Below are positions 49,153 to 58,450 of a DNA stretch of 64,000 nt, one piece after another. Under the pieces are notes generated by a model. It did no database searches. It was not told the origin of the DNA and was given only the letters and a program-made list of their open reading frames with translations. The position numbers and the translations under genes are program-made. Each line of letters begins with the position of its first letter. Position 1 is the stretch's first letter. Location of the stretch: the NCBI GenBank assembly GCA_038999725.1, contig JAWBWS010000003.1, positions 52,565 to 116,564 of the forward strand. The letters are read 5' to 3'. The DNA comes from Candidatus Aenigmatarchaeota archaeon (lineage in GTDB: Archaea > Aenigmatarchaeota > Aenigmatarchaeia > CG10238-14 > SCSR01).

Positions 49153-49431
49153 GTGGCGACTACATTTAACAGATATGATGGACCATCTTTAAACTTACCA
49201 GAAGTATTGGCTTGTATAGTCTATCTACAAGAGAAGAATGGGATAGGGCCGACTGAAGAAGAAATAGTTGAGGAAATTCATAAGAGCGATTATGCAGGGT
49301 GTGAAAAAGATTGGGTAAAAAATGGTGTTAAGCGTGCATTAGAAATTGGTTTGAGAAAGGGATATATTCAGCATAAGGACGAGGACGGTACAATACGATA
49401 TTATGGAAAGAAAATCTGGGAGAAAAGTTGA
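49153..49431 (+). CDS. Hypothetical winged-helix-like protein
   Basis: GGGGGTG RBS + GTG start; three helices plus wing pattern (GPTEEEI...L..G...GYI). Confidence 0.6.
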   Translation: MATTFNRYDGPSLNLPEVLACIVYLQEKNGIGPTEEEIVEEIHKSDYAGCEKDWVKNGVKRALEIGLRKGYIQHKDEDGTIRYYGKKIWEKS

Positions 49432-49736
49432 AATCAAAACTAGCGTAAGCCAAAGATGTGTGTAATAGCAAATGAAAGATTACACCAAAAATAAAGATAA
49501 AGAGCAATAACATTTGGAATGAGAAAAATGTTAAATATATGAAATTAAACATGAGAACAACTTACCGAAGAAGTTTTAGGTTTTCTAAATAAGATTGGCA
49601 AAACCATTGAAAGAATATGTGACTGGCATAGCTACATTTTTCCCACTTTTAATAATGGCAAAACAAACCGCAAACTTTTCCCACACACTTTACAAATTGT
49701 CGCTGAGAAAATTGATTTTTAAAACATACAACTAGT

Positions 49737-50252
49737 TCAAAAAAGGTGTTTTACCAAGCTTCCCAATTTTTTGCTTTTAATTCTTTTTTCAAACCTTTTC
49801 TCTATCTCAAAACTTTTGATCAAATCCACAATTCTTTTATCTACATGTTTTTCCCATCCATTTTCTCCATTAATGAGCATTCTCCTTATCTCTCTGCCCC
49901 TTATACCTAACCTTCTTTCATACTTCACATTTAACCTAAAGAGAGGAAACAAAATACTGAAGAGAATGTATTCATCTAAATCTCCAGTAACATAGGTTGT
50001 CCCTTGAGGCACATATTTTCTTATAATTTTCAAGCTTTTGATGATGTTTTTGTCAAGGTACAAAATGTCCGCATTTGGATGACAAACCTTTATCATCTCC
50101 CCCACTTCTTCATGTGTGAAGGGGTTGTAAATACTTGACTTCTTACATTTTATCACACCAACATAAACCTTTCCTTTCTCTACCAAACTTCTCAGAAGGG
50201 CTTCATGGCCAAGATGGTAGGGCTGAAACCTCCCGATTACCAAATAGCTCAT
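49737..50252 (-). CDS. NMN adenylyltransferase-like cytidylyltransferase
   Basis: GRFQPYHLGH, NPFT..E, I.G..IR. Confidence 0.82.
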   Translation of the reverse strand: MSYLVIGRFQPYHLGHEALLRSLVEKGKVYVGVIKCKKSSIYNPFTHEEVGEMIKVCHPNADILYLDKNIIKSLKIIRKYVPQGTTYVTGDLDEYILFSILFPLFRLNVKYERRLGIRGREIRRMLINGENGWEKHVDKRIVDLIKSFEIEKRFEKRIKSKKLGSLVKHLF

Positions 50253-50442
50253 ACTTCAAGTTTCAAACTAAAAATTTAAGAAATTAACCTTTGTTAAACC
50301 CAACTTTTTTGATGATTCCACCCTGATATAAAGCTTAAATAGTTATCCAAAGAATTAACATTTAACAGGGAGGAAGGTAGAGGAATAAACTCTACTTCTG
50401 ACTCATGAGGTGAAATAAAATAAAGTAAAGGAGGTTTTGTAA

Positions 50443-50748
50443 ATGCCTTTTAAGAGAGGTGGATTTAGAAAATTTGGCCCTAGAGTAGACATTCCAAAAC
50501 CAGTAAAAGTTGGTGAGGAATATGATGTGAATATAAATGAAGTTGGTTCGAAGGGAGACGGGATAGCAAGGATAAAAAATTTTGTTGTCTTCGTCTCTGG
50601 AACCAAACAGGGGGAAAAAACAAGGATAAAAATAAAAGAAGTGAGAAACAGGTTTGCAATCGGGGAGAAAGTTTCTGGTGAGGTAAGAGAAGAAACTAGA
50701 GAGGCGCCAGAAGAAGAAGTTGAAACAGAAGAAGTAGGAGAGGGATGA
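50443..50748 (+). CDS. Single TRAM-domain RNA chaperone
   Basis: PVKVGEEYDV.I..VG.KGDGIAR..FVVFV. Confidence 0.92.
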   Translation: MPFKRGGFRKFGPRVDIPKPVKVGEEYDVNINEVGSKGDGIARIKNFVVFVSGTKQGEKTRIKIKEVRNRFAIGEKVSGEVREETREAPEEEVETEEVGEG

Positions 50749-50767
50749 AAAATCCTTTCTCCTATTT

Positions 50768-51499
50768 TTATTTTATTAAATTCATGAATTCCAAAGCATT
50801 CTTATACATCATACTATTGTTAAACATAACCCATATTTCTTCACACTCTTTCTCAAATTGCTTTATTTTTTCCTTCAATTCCTCAAGTTCTTTCTTGCTG
50901 AAGTTGTAATTATACATACTGAGCAAACCAAAGCCGTGTAAGCGAAAGTAGGCTATCTTCTCTTTTCCAAAGTAAAGGGGTTCATTTCTGAAAGGGTCAA
51001 CACATTCAATCAATTCAAACTTCTTGCAAATTTTCTTTATCAAATCTGGTTTTTCATACCATTCTCCTCTTGGCTCCCAAGTTAAGGTCAATTTTTCTCT
51101 TTTTATTGATTTGAAGAATTCTTCCATCCTTTTTACATTTTCCTTGCTTGGTTTAAAGCTCGCTGGTGACTGAAACAGCAAAATTCTCGCTCTCAAAGCT
51201 TTGCAGATTTCTTTCATCATGTTGAACAAATTTACAGAAGCTTTGGAGAATTTTATCTGATGTGTTATTAACTGGCTACACTTCACGCTGAATTCAAAAT
51301 CTTTGTTAATTTCATCAACTTCATTTCTCCATTTTTCTGCTGTAGCAACTTTAGGAATTCTATAAAAGGTTGAGTTAACTTCAACACAGGGGAAAAGAGA
51401 AGAATAGGCTTGCAGAATAGACTTAAATTTATTGGCTTTGCTTCCAAAGAAGTCTCTTGGTCTAAAGAAACTCCAGCCACAACAACCTACTTTTATCAT
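50768..51499 (-). CDS. DUF72 (UPF0759) protein
   Basis: VGCCGW, VEVNSTFY, ITH, Q.P.SF, WEPRG, YFRLHG, FNN. Confidence 0.92.
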   Translation of the reverse strand: MIKVGCCGWSFFRPRDFFGSKANKFKSILQAYSSLFPCVEVNSTFYRIPKVATAEKWRNEVDEINKDFEFSVKCSQLITHQIKFSKASVNLFNMMKEICKALRARILLFQSPASFKPSKENVKRMEEFFKSIKREKLTLTWEPRGEWYEKPDLIKKICKKFELIECVDPFRNEPLYFGKEKIAYFRLHGFGLLSMYNYNFSKKELEELKEKIKQFEKECEEIWVMFNNSMMYKNALEFMNLIK

Positions 51500-51500
51500 T

Positions 51501-52076
51501 TCACCTTGATACAAATTTGTTGTTTTTAATAAAAAATCTCAATGGTTTAGCCAAATCTTTTGTAACACCGACCCTATGCGAGCAAGTAATTTCAAATTTT
51601 TTCCCTCCAACATCAAGAAAATTTATTGGACTTTCTTTCCTTGTGGAATCAATTCCATTGAGACTTTTATCTATTACCAAAGCTTTGGAAAGCTTTCCCG
51701 GCCCTTTTGTCAAGTCGAAAACATCTCTCGTCTTTCTATTTTTCTTCATTTCTTCCACTCCTTCTATTGGTTCAACAGCTCTTATCAAAACAGCTCCTGT
51801 TTTTCCCCTCTCATGAGCAACCACATTCAGCAGCCAGTTGTTATGAACATTATAAACCAAAATTTTTCCTGGCTCATCTTTCATAAGCTTGACACAATAC
51901 TTAGGTCTTCCCAAATAAGCTCTAGAAGCAGGATCTTTCTCTCCAAAGTAAGCTTCAACTTCAACAATTCTTCCAGACAAAATTTTATTTCCAAACTTTC
52001 TCACCAAAATTTTCCCCAGTAACTCTTTAGCCACTTTTTCCGTATTTCTTTCAAAAAATTTTTTCTTCAACAGCAT
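51501..52076 (-). CDS. mpg: 3-methyladenine DNA glycosylase (AAG/MPG)
   Basis: LLGK.L, GRIVE.EAY, D.AS, AVLIRA.EP, GPGKL, RVGV. Confidence 0.92.
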   Translation of the reverse strand: MLLKKKFFERNTEKVAKELLGKILVRKFGNKILSGRIVEVEAYFGEKDPASRAYLGRPKYCVKLMKDEPGKILVYNVHNNWLLNVVAHERGKTGAVLIRAVEPIEGVEEMKKNRKTRDVFDLTKGPGKLSKALVIDKSLNGIDSTRKESPINFLDVGGKKFEITCSHRVGVTKDLAKPLRFFIKNNKFVSR

Positions 52077-52612
52077 TTTATCAGCTTCTTAAGCTTAAGA
52101 AAATCTTCTTCCATTAGCTTTCTAATTTTTGGAAATCTCATCCCAGCAGCAGGATGGAAAGTGAAGAAATAAATCCTTCCATCTTTCTTCAAGAATTTAC
52201 CATGAATTTTTGAAATTTTTTCTTTGAAACCAAGAGCTTCACATGCAACCTCTCCAAGCAAAACTACAATCTTCGGTTTTATGGCTTCAAGTTGCTTAAG
52301 GGTGTAAAGTTTACAGACTTCAATTTCATTCTTAGTTGGTTTTCTATTTTTTGGAGTTCGACACTTCACTACTCCCGTGATGAAAATTTCTTCTCTTCTT
52401 AATTTTATTAATTTCAAAAGTTTGTTCAAAAACTTCCCAGCCAAACCTATAAAGGGCTTACCTTCGATGTTTTCCATCCTACCCGGGTTTTGCCCCAAAA
52501 AAACAATTCTTGCATTTGATGGACCTTCTCCAGGTACTGCTCTTTTTCTAATTCTCCAAAGCTCACATTTTTTACAATTTCTTATTTGTTCTGCAATTTC
52601 CTCTAGTTTCAT
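52067..52612 (-). CDS. udg: Uracil-DNA glycosylase family 4 (Fe-S)
   Basis: C..C.L, VPGEG, GQNPG, PF.G.AG, VKCR, HPAA. Confidence 0.88.
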   Translation of the reverse strand: MKLEEIAEQIRNCKKCELWRIRKRAVPGEGPSNARIVFLGQNPGRMENIEGKPFIGLAGKFLNKLLKLIKLRREEIFITGVVKCRTPKNRKPTKNEIEVCKLYTLKQLEAIKPKIVVLLGEVACEALGFKEKISKIHGKFLKKDGRIYFFTFHPAAGMRFPKIRKLMEEDFLKLKKLIKCC

Positions 52613-52674
52613 ATTCTCTATTGTAAGCATCGAAAAGCTTATGCTTTTAGATTTTCATATAATATGCGATTTCT

Positions 52675-55353
52675 ATGATACGCTACGTCAACATAAAAAA
52701 ACCAAAGCGAGATGAGGAAGTTTTAGCTTTGCTCAGACCTTATGTTAGGGAGTGGTTTAAAAGAAATTTCAAGGAACTTATAATTCATCAAAAATTTGCG
52801 GTAGAATTGATTCACAAAGGTGAAAACACTTTAATCACAGCACCCACAGGTTCTGGTAAAACCCTCAGTTCTTTTTTATCAATTCTTGATGATTTATTCA
52901 GACTAGCAGAAGATGGAAGGCTTGAAGATATTGTCTATTGTATCTACATCTCCCCACTTAAAGCTTTAGATAATGACATTCGAAGGAATTTGCTCATCCC
53001 CCTTAAAGAAATAAGGGAAATTGCGAAGGAGATGGGATTAGATTTACCTGAAGTGAGAATTGCTGTGAGAACTGGGGATACCTCAGCAAATGAAAAACAA
53101 AAACAGCTCAAAAAGCCTCCTCACATCCTTGTTACAACACCAGAAACTATTGCAATAGTTTTGAGCACTAGAAAGTTTAGAGAAAAATTCAGAAATGTCA
53201 AATGGGTAGTTGTGGATGAAATTCATGAGTTGGCAAATTCTAAACGTGGTGTGCACTTAAGTTTAAGCTTGGAAAGATTGCAAGAGTTCGTGGGCAAACC
53301 TTTTGTAAGAATAGGGCTAGGTGCGACTTTAGAACCTTTGGAAGAAGTAGCAAAGTTTTTGGTTGGTTATGAGAATGGAAAAGAAAGAGATTGTACAATA
53401 GTTGATGCACGTTTCGTAAAACCAATGGACATAAAAGTTTTGTCTCCTGTTAAAGATATAGTTTACACTTCAGCTGAAGAAATAACAAACTCAATGTATA
53501 AAATTTTACACAAGCTGATAACTACACACAAAACCACTTTAATTTTTACCAACACAAGAAGCGGAACTGAAAGGGTTGTTCACCATTTAAAGCAAATGTT
53601 TCCTGAAGTTTACGGGGATGAAGATATAGGAGCACACCATTCTTCAGTGTCAAGAGAAATAAGACTTGAGCTTGAAGAAAGACTAAAAAAAGGCTTACTT
53701 AAGGCCATAATTTCAAGCACGAGTCTAGAATTGGGAATAGATATAGGTTACATTGATCTTGTTGTTCAACTTGGTTCACCGAAAAGTATTGCAAGAGGAT
53801 TGCAAAGAATTGGGAGAGCAGGACATAAGCTGCATGAAACTTCTGTTGGAAGGATAATTTGTATGGATAGGGATGATTTAGTTGAGACTGCTGTTATGTT
53901 CAAAAAAGCCTATGAATACTTTTTGGATAAAACACAAATTCCACAAAACTGTTTGGATGTTTTGGCTCAACACATCATGGGAATAAGTTTGGAAAGAAAA
54001 TGGAATGTGAAAGAAGCTTTTAATTTGGTAAGAAGATCTTATTGCTACCGCAATTTAGAGTGGAAAGATTTCATTTCAGTTTTAGAATACCTATCAGGCT
54101 CTTATCACACTTTAGAAGATAAGAAAGTTTATGGAAAAATTTGGGTTGATTTCAAAGATATGGTTTTCGGGAGAAGAGGTAAGTATGCTAGAGTCATTTA
54201 TTCTTTAAACATAGGAACAATTCCTGATGAAGTAAAGATAAAAGTCAAAAGCTTGGATGGAAGGTACATAGGAAGCATAGAAGAGGAATTTTTGCAGAGG
54301 CTTGTCCCTGGAGATGTGTTTGTTTTAGCCGGGAAAACATATCAATTTGTTAAGGCTAGGCAAGCTAACGCTTTTGTTTTGCCAGTTAAAGAAAAAAGGC
54401 CTACTGTACCAAGTTGGTTCTCCGAGCAACTTCCCTTGAGTTTTGAGTTAGCTATAGAAGTTGGAAAATTTAGGGAGAAAATGTTCAGCTTGATGAAAGA
54501 AAAATCAAGGAAAGAAGTAGTTAAATGGCTCTTAGATAATTATCCCATTAACGAGTGGGCGGCCAAGGCTATAGTTGAATATTTCCATTACCAAAAAAAA
54601 TTTTTGGAAAAAATGAAAGTTAAGAGATTCCCGTCCCACAAAAACATTTTGATTGAAAATTACATTGATGAAAGAGGGAATCAAAACATAATTTTTCATT
54701 CACTATACGGGAGACGTGTTAATGATGCATTGTCAAGAGCTTTTGCTTATGCTTTGACCAAAAAACTCGGAAAATCTATAGCTGTGACGATAAGTGATAA
54801 TGGCTTTATGCTTTCATTGCCACCAGAAACTTTGGAGCAAGGGTGGCTTTTCATCAAGAAAGTGAAAGAAATTAAGCCAGGGAGAATTGAACCAAGAGGA
54901 ATTGTTAAACTCGTCAATTCAAGAAATTTGGAAGAAATCTTGAAAAAAGCTTTAAGGCAAACAGAACTTTTGAGGAGAAAGTTTAGGCATTGTGCGGTTA
55001 GAGCTTTTATGGTCTTGAGGAATTACAAAGGTTATGAGATAAGGGTTGCAAAACAGCAAATGAATGCCGATAGGCTTATAAGGATTTGTGAAAAAATTGA
55101 AGATTTTCCTGTACTGAAAGAAACTTATCGTGAAATTTTACAAGATTACATGGACATAGAGCATGCCAAGGAGATTTTGAAAAAAATTGAGGAAGGAGAA
55201 ATTAAATTTGAGTTTCTTCCAAAGAGTGATTTGCCGAGCCCATTTTCTCATTCACTGATTGTTTTGGGAGAAAGTGATGTTGTTTTGATGGAAGATAGGA
55301 AAAAATTATTATTAGAACTCCACAAAAAAGTTTTGGAAAAGGTGGGAAAGTGA
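52675..55353 (+). CDS. lhr: Lhr-core SF2 helicase
   Basis: APTGSGKT, SPLKAL, RTGDT, TTPE, DEIH, SLELGIDIG, QRIGRAGH, IGTIPD, PSW. Confidence 0.95.
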   Translation: MIRYVNIKKPKRDEEVLALLRPYVREWFKRNFKELIIHQKFAVELIHKGENTLITAPTGSGKTLSSFLSILDDLFRLAEDGRLEDIVYCIYISPLKALDNDIRRNLLIPLKEIREIAKEMGLDLPEVRIAVRTGDTSANEKQKQLKKPPHILVTTPETIAIVLSTRKFREKFRNVKWVVVDEIHELANSKRGVHLSLSLERLQEFVGKPFVRIGLGATLEPLEEVAKFLVGYENGKERDCTIVDARFVKPMDIKVLSPVKDIVYTSAEEITNSMYKILHKLITTHKTTLIFTNTRSGTERVVHHLKQMFPEVYGDEDIGAHHSSVSREIRLELEERLKKGLLKAIISSTSLELGIDIGYIDLVVQLGSPKSIARGLQRIGRAGHKLHETSVGRIICMDRDDLVETAVMFKKAYEYFLDKTQIPQNCLDVLAQHIMGISLERKWNVKEAFNLVRRSYCYRNLEWKDFISVLEYLSGSYHTLEDKKVYGKIWVDFKDMVFGRRGKYARVIYSLNIGTIPDEVKIKVKSLDGRYIGSIEEEFLQRLVPGDVFVLAGKTYQFVKARQANAFVLPVKEKRPTVPSWFSEQLPLSFELAIEVGKFREKMFSLMKEKSRKEVVKWLLDNYPINEWAAKAIVEYFHYQKKFLEKMKVKRFPSHKNILIENYIDERGNQNIIFHSLYGRRVNDALSRAFAYALTKKLGKSIAVTISDNGFMLSLPPETLEQGWLFIKKVKEIKPGRIEPRGIVKLVNSRNLEEILKKALRQTELLRRKFRHCAVRAFMVLRNYKGYEIRVAKQQMNADRLIRICEKIEDFPVLKETYREILQDYMDIEHAKEILKKIEEGEIKFEFLPKSDLPSPFSHSLIVLGESDVVLMEDRKKLLLELHKKVLEKVGK

Positions 55354-55517
55354 AAGAGCTCATTGGAAAAAGAGTTAGGCTTATGGTCATTATGGGTGAT
55401 ACCACATTACCTTTTGAGGGAATTTTGAAAGAAGTGGACACATGGGTTGTTTTAGAAGAAAGGGGGAAGAAAAAAGTAATAAATAAAGATGCTGTGATTT
55501 ATGTTGAAGAAAAATGA
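55350..55517 (+). CDS. Sm/LSm-like microprotein (55 aa; not in the ORF track)
   Basis: VKELIGKRVRLMVIMGDTTLPFEGILKEVDTWVVLEERGKKKVINKDAVIYVEEK; GTGA overlap with lhr and overlap with the MPE start. Confidence 0.7.
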   Translation: MKELIGKRVRLMVIMGDTTLPFEGILKEVDTWVVLEERGKKKVINKDAVIYVEEK

Positions 55518-56265
55518 GATTGAAATTTTCCCAGGAATCAAGATAATTGATAGCTATCGTGCTATTTACCTGGAGAGATTGAGGCTACTCGCCATTTCTG
55601 ACCTACAGCTTGGGGAAGAGCTTTATTTGGCAGAGCAAGGGATTCTTGTTCCACAAGTTCAACTGAAAGAAATCTTGAAATCTTTTAAAGGAATTTTCAG
55701 GATGGTTAAGCCTAAAGGTGTTGTGATAAATGGCGATGTCAAGCATGAGTTTGGTGAAGCCTCTTCTCAAGAGTGGAGAGAGGTGAAAGAGCTAACAAAC
55801 TATTTGAGAAAAAAAGTTGAGGAGGTAATTTTGGTCAGAGGGAATCATGACAACTATTTGCTTACAATTGCAAACCAGCTTGGACTCAAAGTTCACGACC
55901 CTTATTATTTGGTTGATGGAATTCTTTTCACTCATGGCCACAAAAAAATTGAGTTGCCAAAAGAAGCCAAAACTGTGGTAATCGGGCATGAGCAGCCGGC
56001 AATCCTCTTGGTTCAAGGTTATGATAGGATTAAAGTGCCTTGCTTGCTTTATGGGAAGATGAAAGATGGAAGGAATTTCATTTGTTTACCAGCTTTCTCA
56101 CCATTGGCTTCAGGGGTGGCAATCAATTTGGTTGGAAATGAAGAATTGCTTTCTCCTATTTTGAGGGAAGAGGTTGATAAAGAGGATTTAATTCCCATAG
56201 CTTTGGATGAAGAAACTGGAGCATTAAAATTCCCGAAGATAAAGTTCCTTAAGCAAGAAATTTAA
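55501..56265 (+). CDS. Lhr-associated metallophosphoesterase (MPE)
   Basis: SDLQLG, NGDVKH, RGNHD, THGH, GHEQP, LPAF. Confidence 0.88.
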   Translation: MLKKNEIEIFPGIKIIDSYRAIYLERLRLLAISDLQLGEELYLAEQGILVPQVQLKEILKSFKGIFRMVKPKGVVINGDVKHEFGEASSQEWREVKELTNYLRKKVEEVILVRGNHDNYLLTIANQLGLKVHDPYYLVDGILFTHGHKKIELPKEAKTVVIGHEQPAILLVQGYDRIKVPCLLYGKMKDGRNFICLPAFSPLASGVAINLVGNEELLSPILREEVDKEDLIPIALDEETGALKFPKIKFLKQEI

Positions 56266-56285
56266 CCCAAATACAAATAATAATT

Positions 56286-56723
56286 ATGGTCAAATACAAG
56301 ACTTCAAGAATATCTTTCTTCTACAACTATACCTTCGCCCTTTTCCTCATCCTATTTTTGTTTTTCATTCATTCACTCGAGCTAAGCGATTCCTTCCGCT
56401 CAGTTGCATTAGTTGTTTGCATTCCCTTGATTGCTATAGTTTTGGCTGAACCAGAGTTTGTTAGAATTTACACCCATTATTTGGTGGAAGAAGATAGCAT
56501 CACAATGGTTGAAGGACTCCTATCAAAGAAAAAGGTTTCCATACCCCTCAATCAAATAGCAGGAATAACTTTACATAAAACCCTGCTTGGGAGGATGCTG
56601 AAATTCGGTAATATAAAAGTTTCTGGTTTTAGAAGTGAAGTGTTGATGAGGGGGATAAAAGATCCTGATAGCCTATACAAATATCTTCAGGAAAGGCTGA
56701 GAGCTATAAAAAAGAAAAAGTAG
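56286..56723 (+). CDS. Membrane protein with a bacterial PH (bPH_2) domain
   Basis: 2 TM segments, then Y...G.L.K....IPL..I...LGR.L.FG. Confidence 0.75.
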   Translation: MVKYKTSRISFFYNYTFALFLILFLFFIHSLELSDSFRSVALVVCIPLIAIVLAEPEFVRIYTHYLVEEDSITMVEGLLSKKKVSIPLNQIAGITLHKTLLGRMLKFGNIKVSGFRSEVLMRGIKDPDSLYKYLQERLRAIKKKK

Positions 56724-56728
56724 GTGAA

Positions 56729-58009
56729 ATGTCAAAAGCCTATCTTGAAGTTTATGGTTGCTCATCTAACTTGGCAGATTTTGAGATAGCTTCAGGTCTT
56801 CTTAAGCAAGCAGGGTTTGAAATGGTTAATGCAGAAGAATTCGATTTGGTTGTAATTTTTACTTGTGTGGTGAAACAACCGACTTTTAATAAGATGGTCC
56901 ACAGGATTAGAGAACTTTCAAAATTTGGGAAGCCGTTGATTGTTGCAGGCTGCATGACAAAAACAGATGCCAGTTTGATAGAAAAAATAAATCCAAGAGC
57001 TTCTTTGCTTTCCCCAGATAATATTGAAAAAATAGTTGAAGTTGCAAATGCTGCAATGAAGGGGGAGAGAATTGTTCTTACAGGAGACTTGAAGAAGCCT
57101 AAACTGGGATTTCCAAGATGCAGGAAAAATCCACTTGTGGCAATAGTCCAGATAGCTAGAGGATGTACTTCAAACTGTAGCTACTGCTATGAGCCATACA
57201 GAGGCAAACTTTTCAGTTATCCTCCAAAAGAAATAGTGAAAGAAGTTAAGAGGGCTTTAAATGATGGTTGCAAGGAAATCTGGCTTACAAGCTTGGATTG
57301 TGGTTGTTATGGCCTTGACATAGGAACAAACTTGGCTGAGCTTTTGAGGGAAATTTGTAAGATAGAAGGAAAGTTTTTTGTAAGGGTGGGGATGGCAAAT
57401 CCTTTGCATGTAAAGAAAATTTTGGGCAAACTCATAAAAGTCTATCAAGATGAAAGGATTTTCAAGTTCTTGCACTTGCCTTTGCAGTCAGGAAGTGATA
57501 GGATCTTAAAGCTCATGAAAAGGGGCTACAACACAAAAGACTTTTTGGAAATTGTGGAAAAATTCAGAAAAGCTTTCCCACAACTCACTCTTAGCACAGA
57601 TATCATAGTGGGATTTCCCGGAGAAACTGAAGAAGATTTTTCAGCCACGGTAAAGATTTTGAGGGAAGTTAAACCAGATGTTGTGAATTTATCGAAGTTT
57701 GGTGCAAGAAAAGGGACGGAAGCTTCCAGGATGAAGCAATTGGAACCAAAAATCTTGAATGAAAGAAGCTTGAAGTTGAGCAAGATCATCAAAGAGATTT
57801 CCCTAGAGAAAAACAAGAGTTGGGTAGGTTGGAGGGGAGAAGCTCTGGTTGATGAAATTGGCAAGAAAGAAAGCTTTGTTGCCAGAAATTTCGCTTACAA
57901 GCCGATAGTTTTGAAAACAAGAGAAAAAATTTTTGGAAAATTTGTTGAAGTTGAAGTTGAAGAAGCGAGAGAAAATTTTCTAATCACAAAGATCCAATCT
58001 CTGATATGA
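56729..58009 (+). CDS. mtaB: tRNA t6A37 methylthiotransferase (MtaB-like)
   Basis: YGC..N, TC.V, AGC, CTSNCSYC, HLP.QSGS, DIIVGFPGET, TRAM. Confidence 0.92.
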   Translation: MSKAYLEVYGCSSNLADFEIASGLLKQAGFEMVNAEEFDLVVIFTCVVKQPTFNKMVHRIRELSKFGKPLIVAGCMTKTDASLIEKINPRASLLSPDNIEKIVEVANAAMKGERIVLTGDLKKPKLGFPRCRKNPLVAIVQIARGCTSNCSYCYEPYRGKLFSYPPKEIVKEVKRALNDGCKEIWLTSLDCGCYGLDIGTNLAELLREICKIEGKFFVRVGMANPLHVKKILGKLIKVYQDERIFKFLHLPLQSGSDRILKLMKRGYNTKDFLEIVEKFRKAFPQLTLSTDIIVGFPGETEEDFSATVKILREVKPDVVNLSKFGARKGTEASRMKQLEPKILNERSLKLSKIIKEISLEKNKSWVGWRGEALVDEIGKKESFVARNFAYKPIVLKTREKIFGKFVEVEVEEARENFLITKIQSLI

Positions 58010-58200
58010 ATTGAAAACAAAAGTATTTTCAATGCTTTATCGTTTGCTTTTTATAAACATTTTGTTTCTAATTTTGGATGCTGTCCACATAACTCACCTT
58101 AACTCCCTATACCAGTATGCAAACATTTTCATGAACAACTCTATATTCTTGATATCACCGTTGACATTGTTATAGAATACTTTTTATCCTCTCCTGAGCG

Positions 58201-58393
58201 GAGGATGCTTCTACTGATAAGATTGAGGATGACATCAATTGGTTATATGGCAAAATTGGGCTGGGAAGACCTTAAATAGATGTTTCTGACAACATTCTTG
58301 CGCAAAGAATGAAGAAATTGAAGAGAAAGGAATGGGGAGCAGGTGGATAACCAAGTGATGGGACAAGTGGAGGGTAAGTTTTCTTATGGATAG
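58201..58393 (+). pseudogene. Decayed relic resembling phage-type QVxxQV-repeat (DUF6745-associated) proteins
   Basis: DKIEDDINWLYGKIGLGRP*IDVSDNILAQ, then in a shifted frame EQVDNQVMGQVEG. Confidence 0.3.
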
Positions 58394-58450
58394 TATCATC
58401 TGGTAAAACAAAAAAAAATCTTTAACTATTCTTTTATTTTTTCATGTTAA

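Noticed and set aside
48534..49730. Integrated element at tRNA-Ser
   Set aside because: No integrase and no duplicated tRNA 3' end (att site) were found; only gene relics are present
49435..49730. Hydrophobic minus-strand fragments (FHLLLH), possibly a membrane hydrolase relic
   Set aside because: Too degraded to assign without a search
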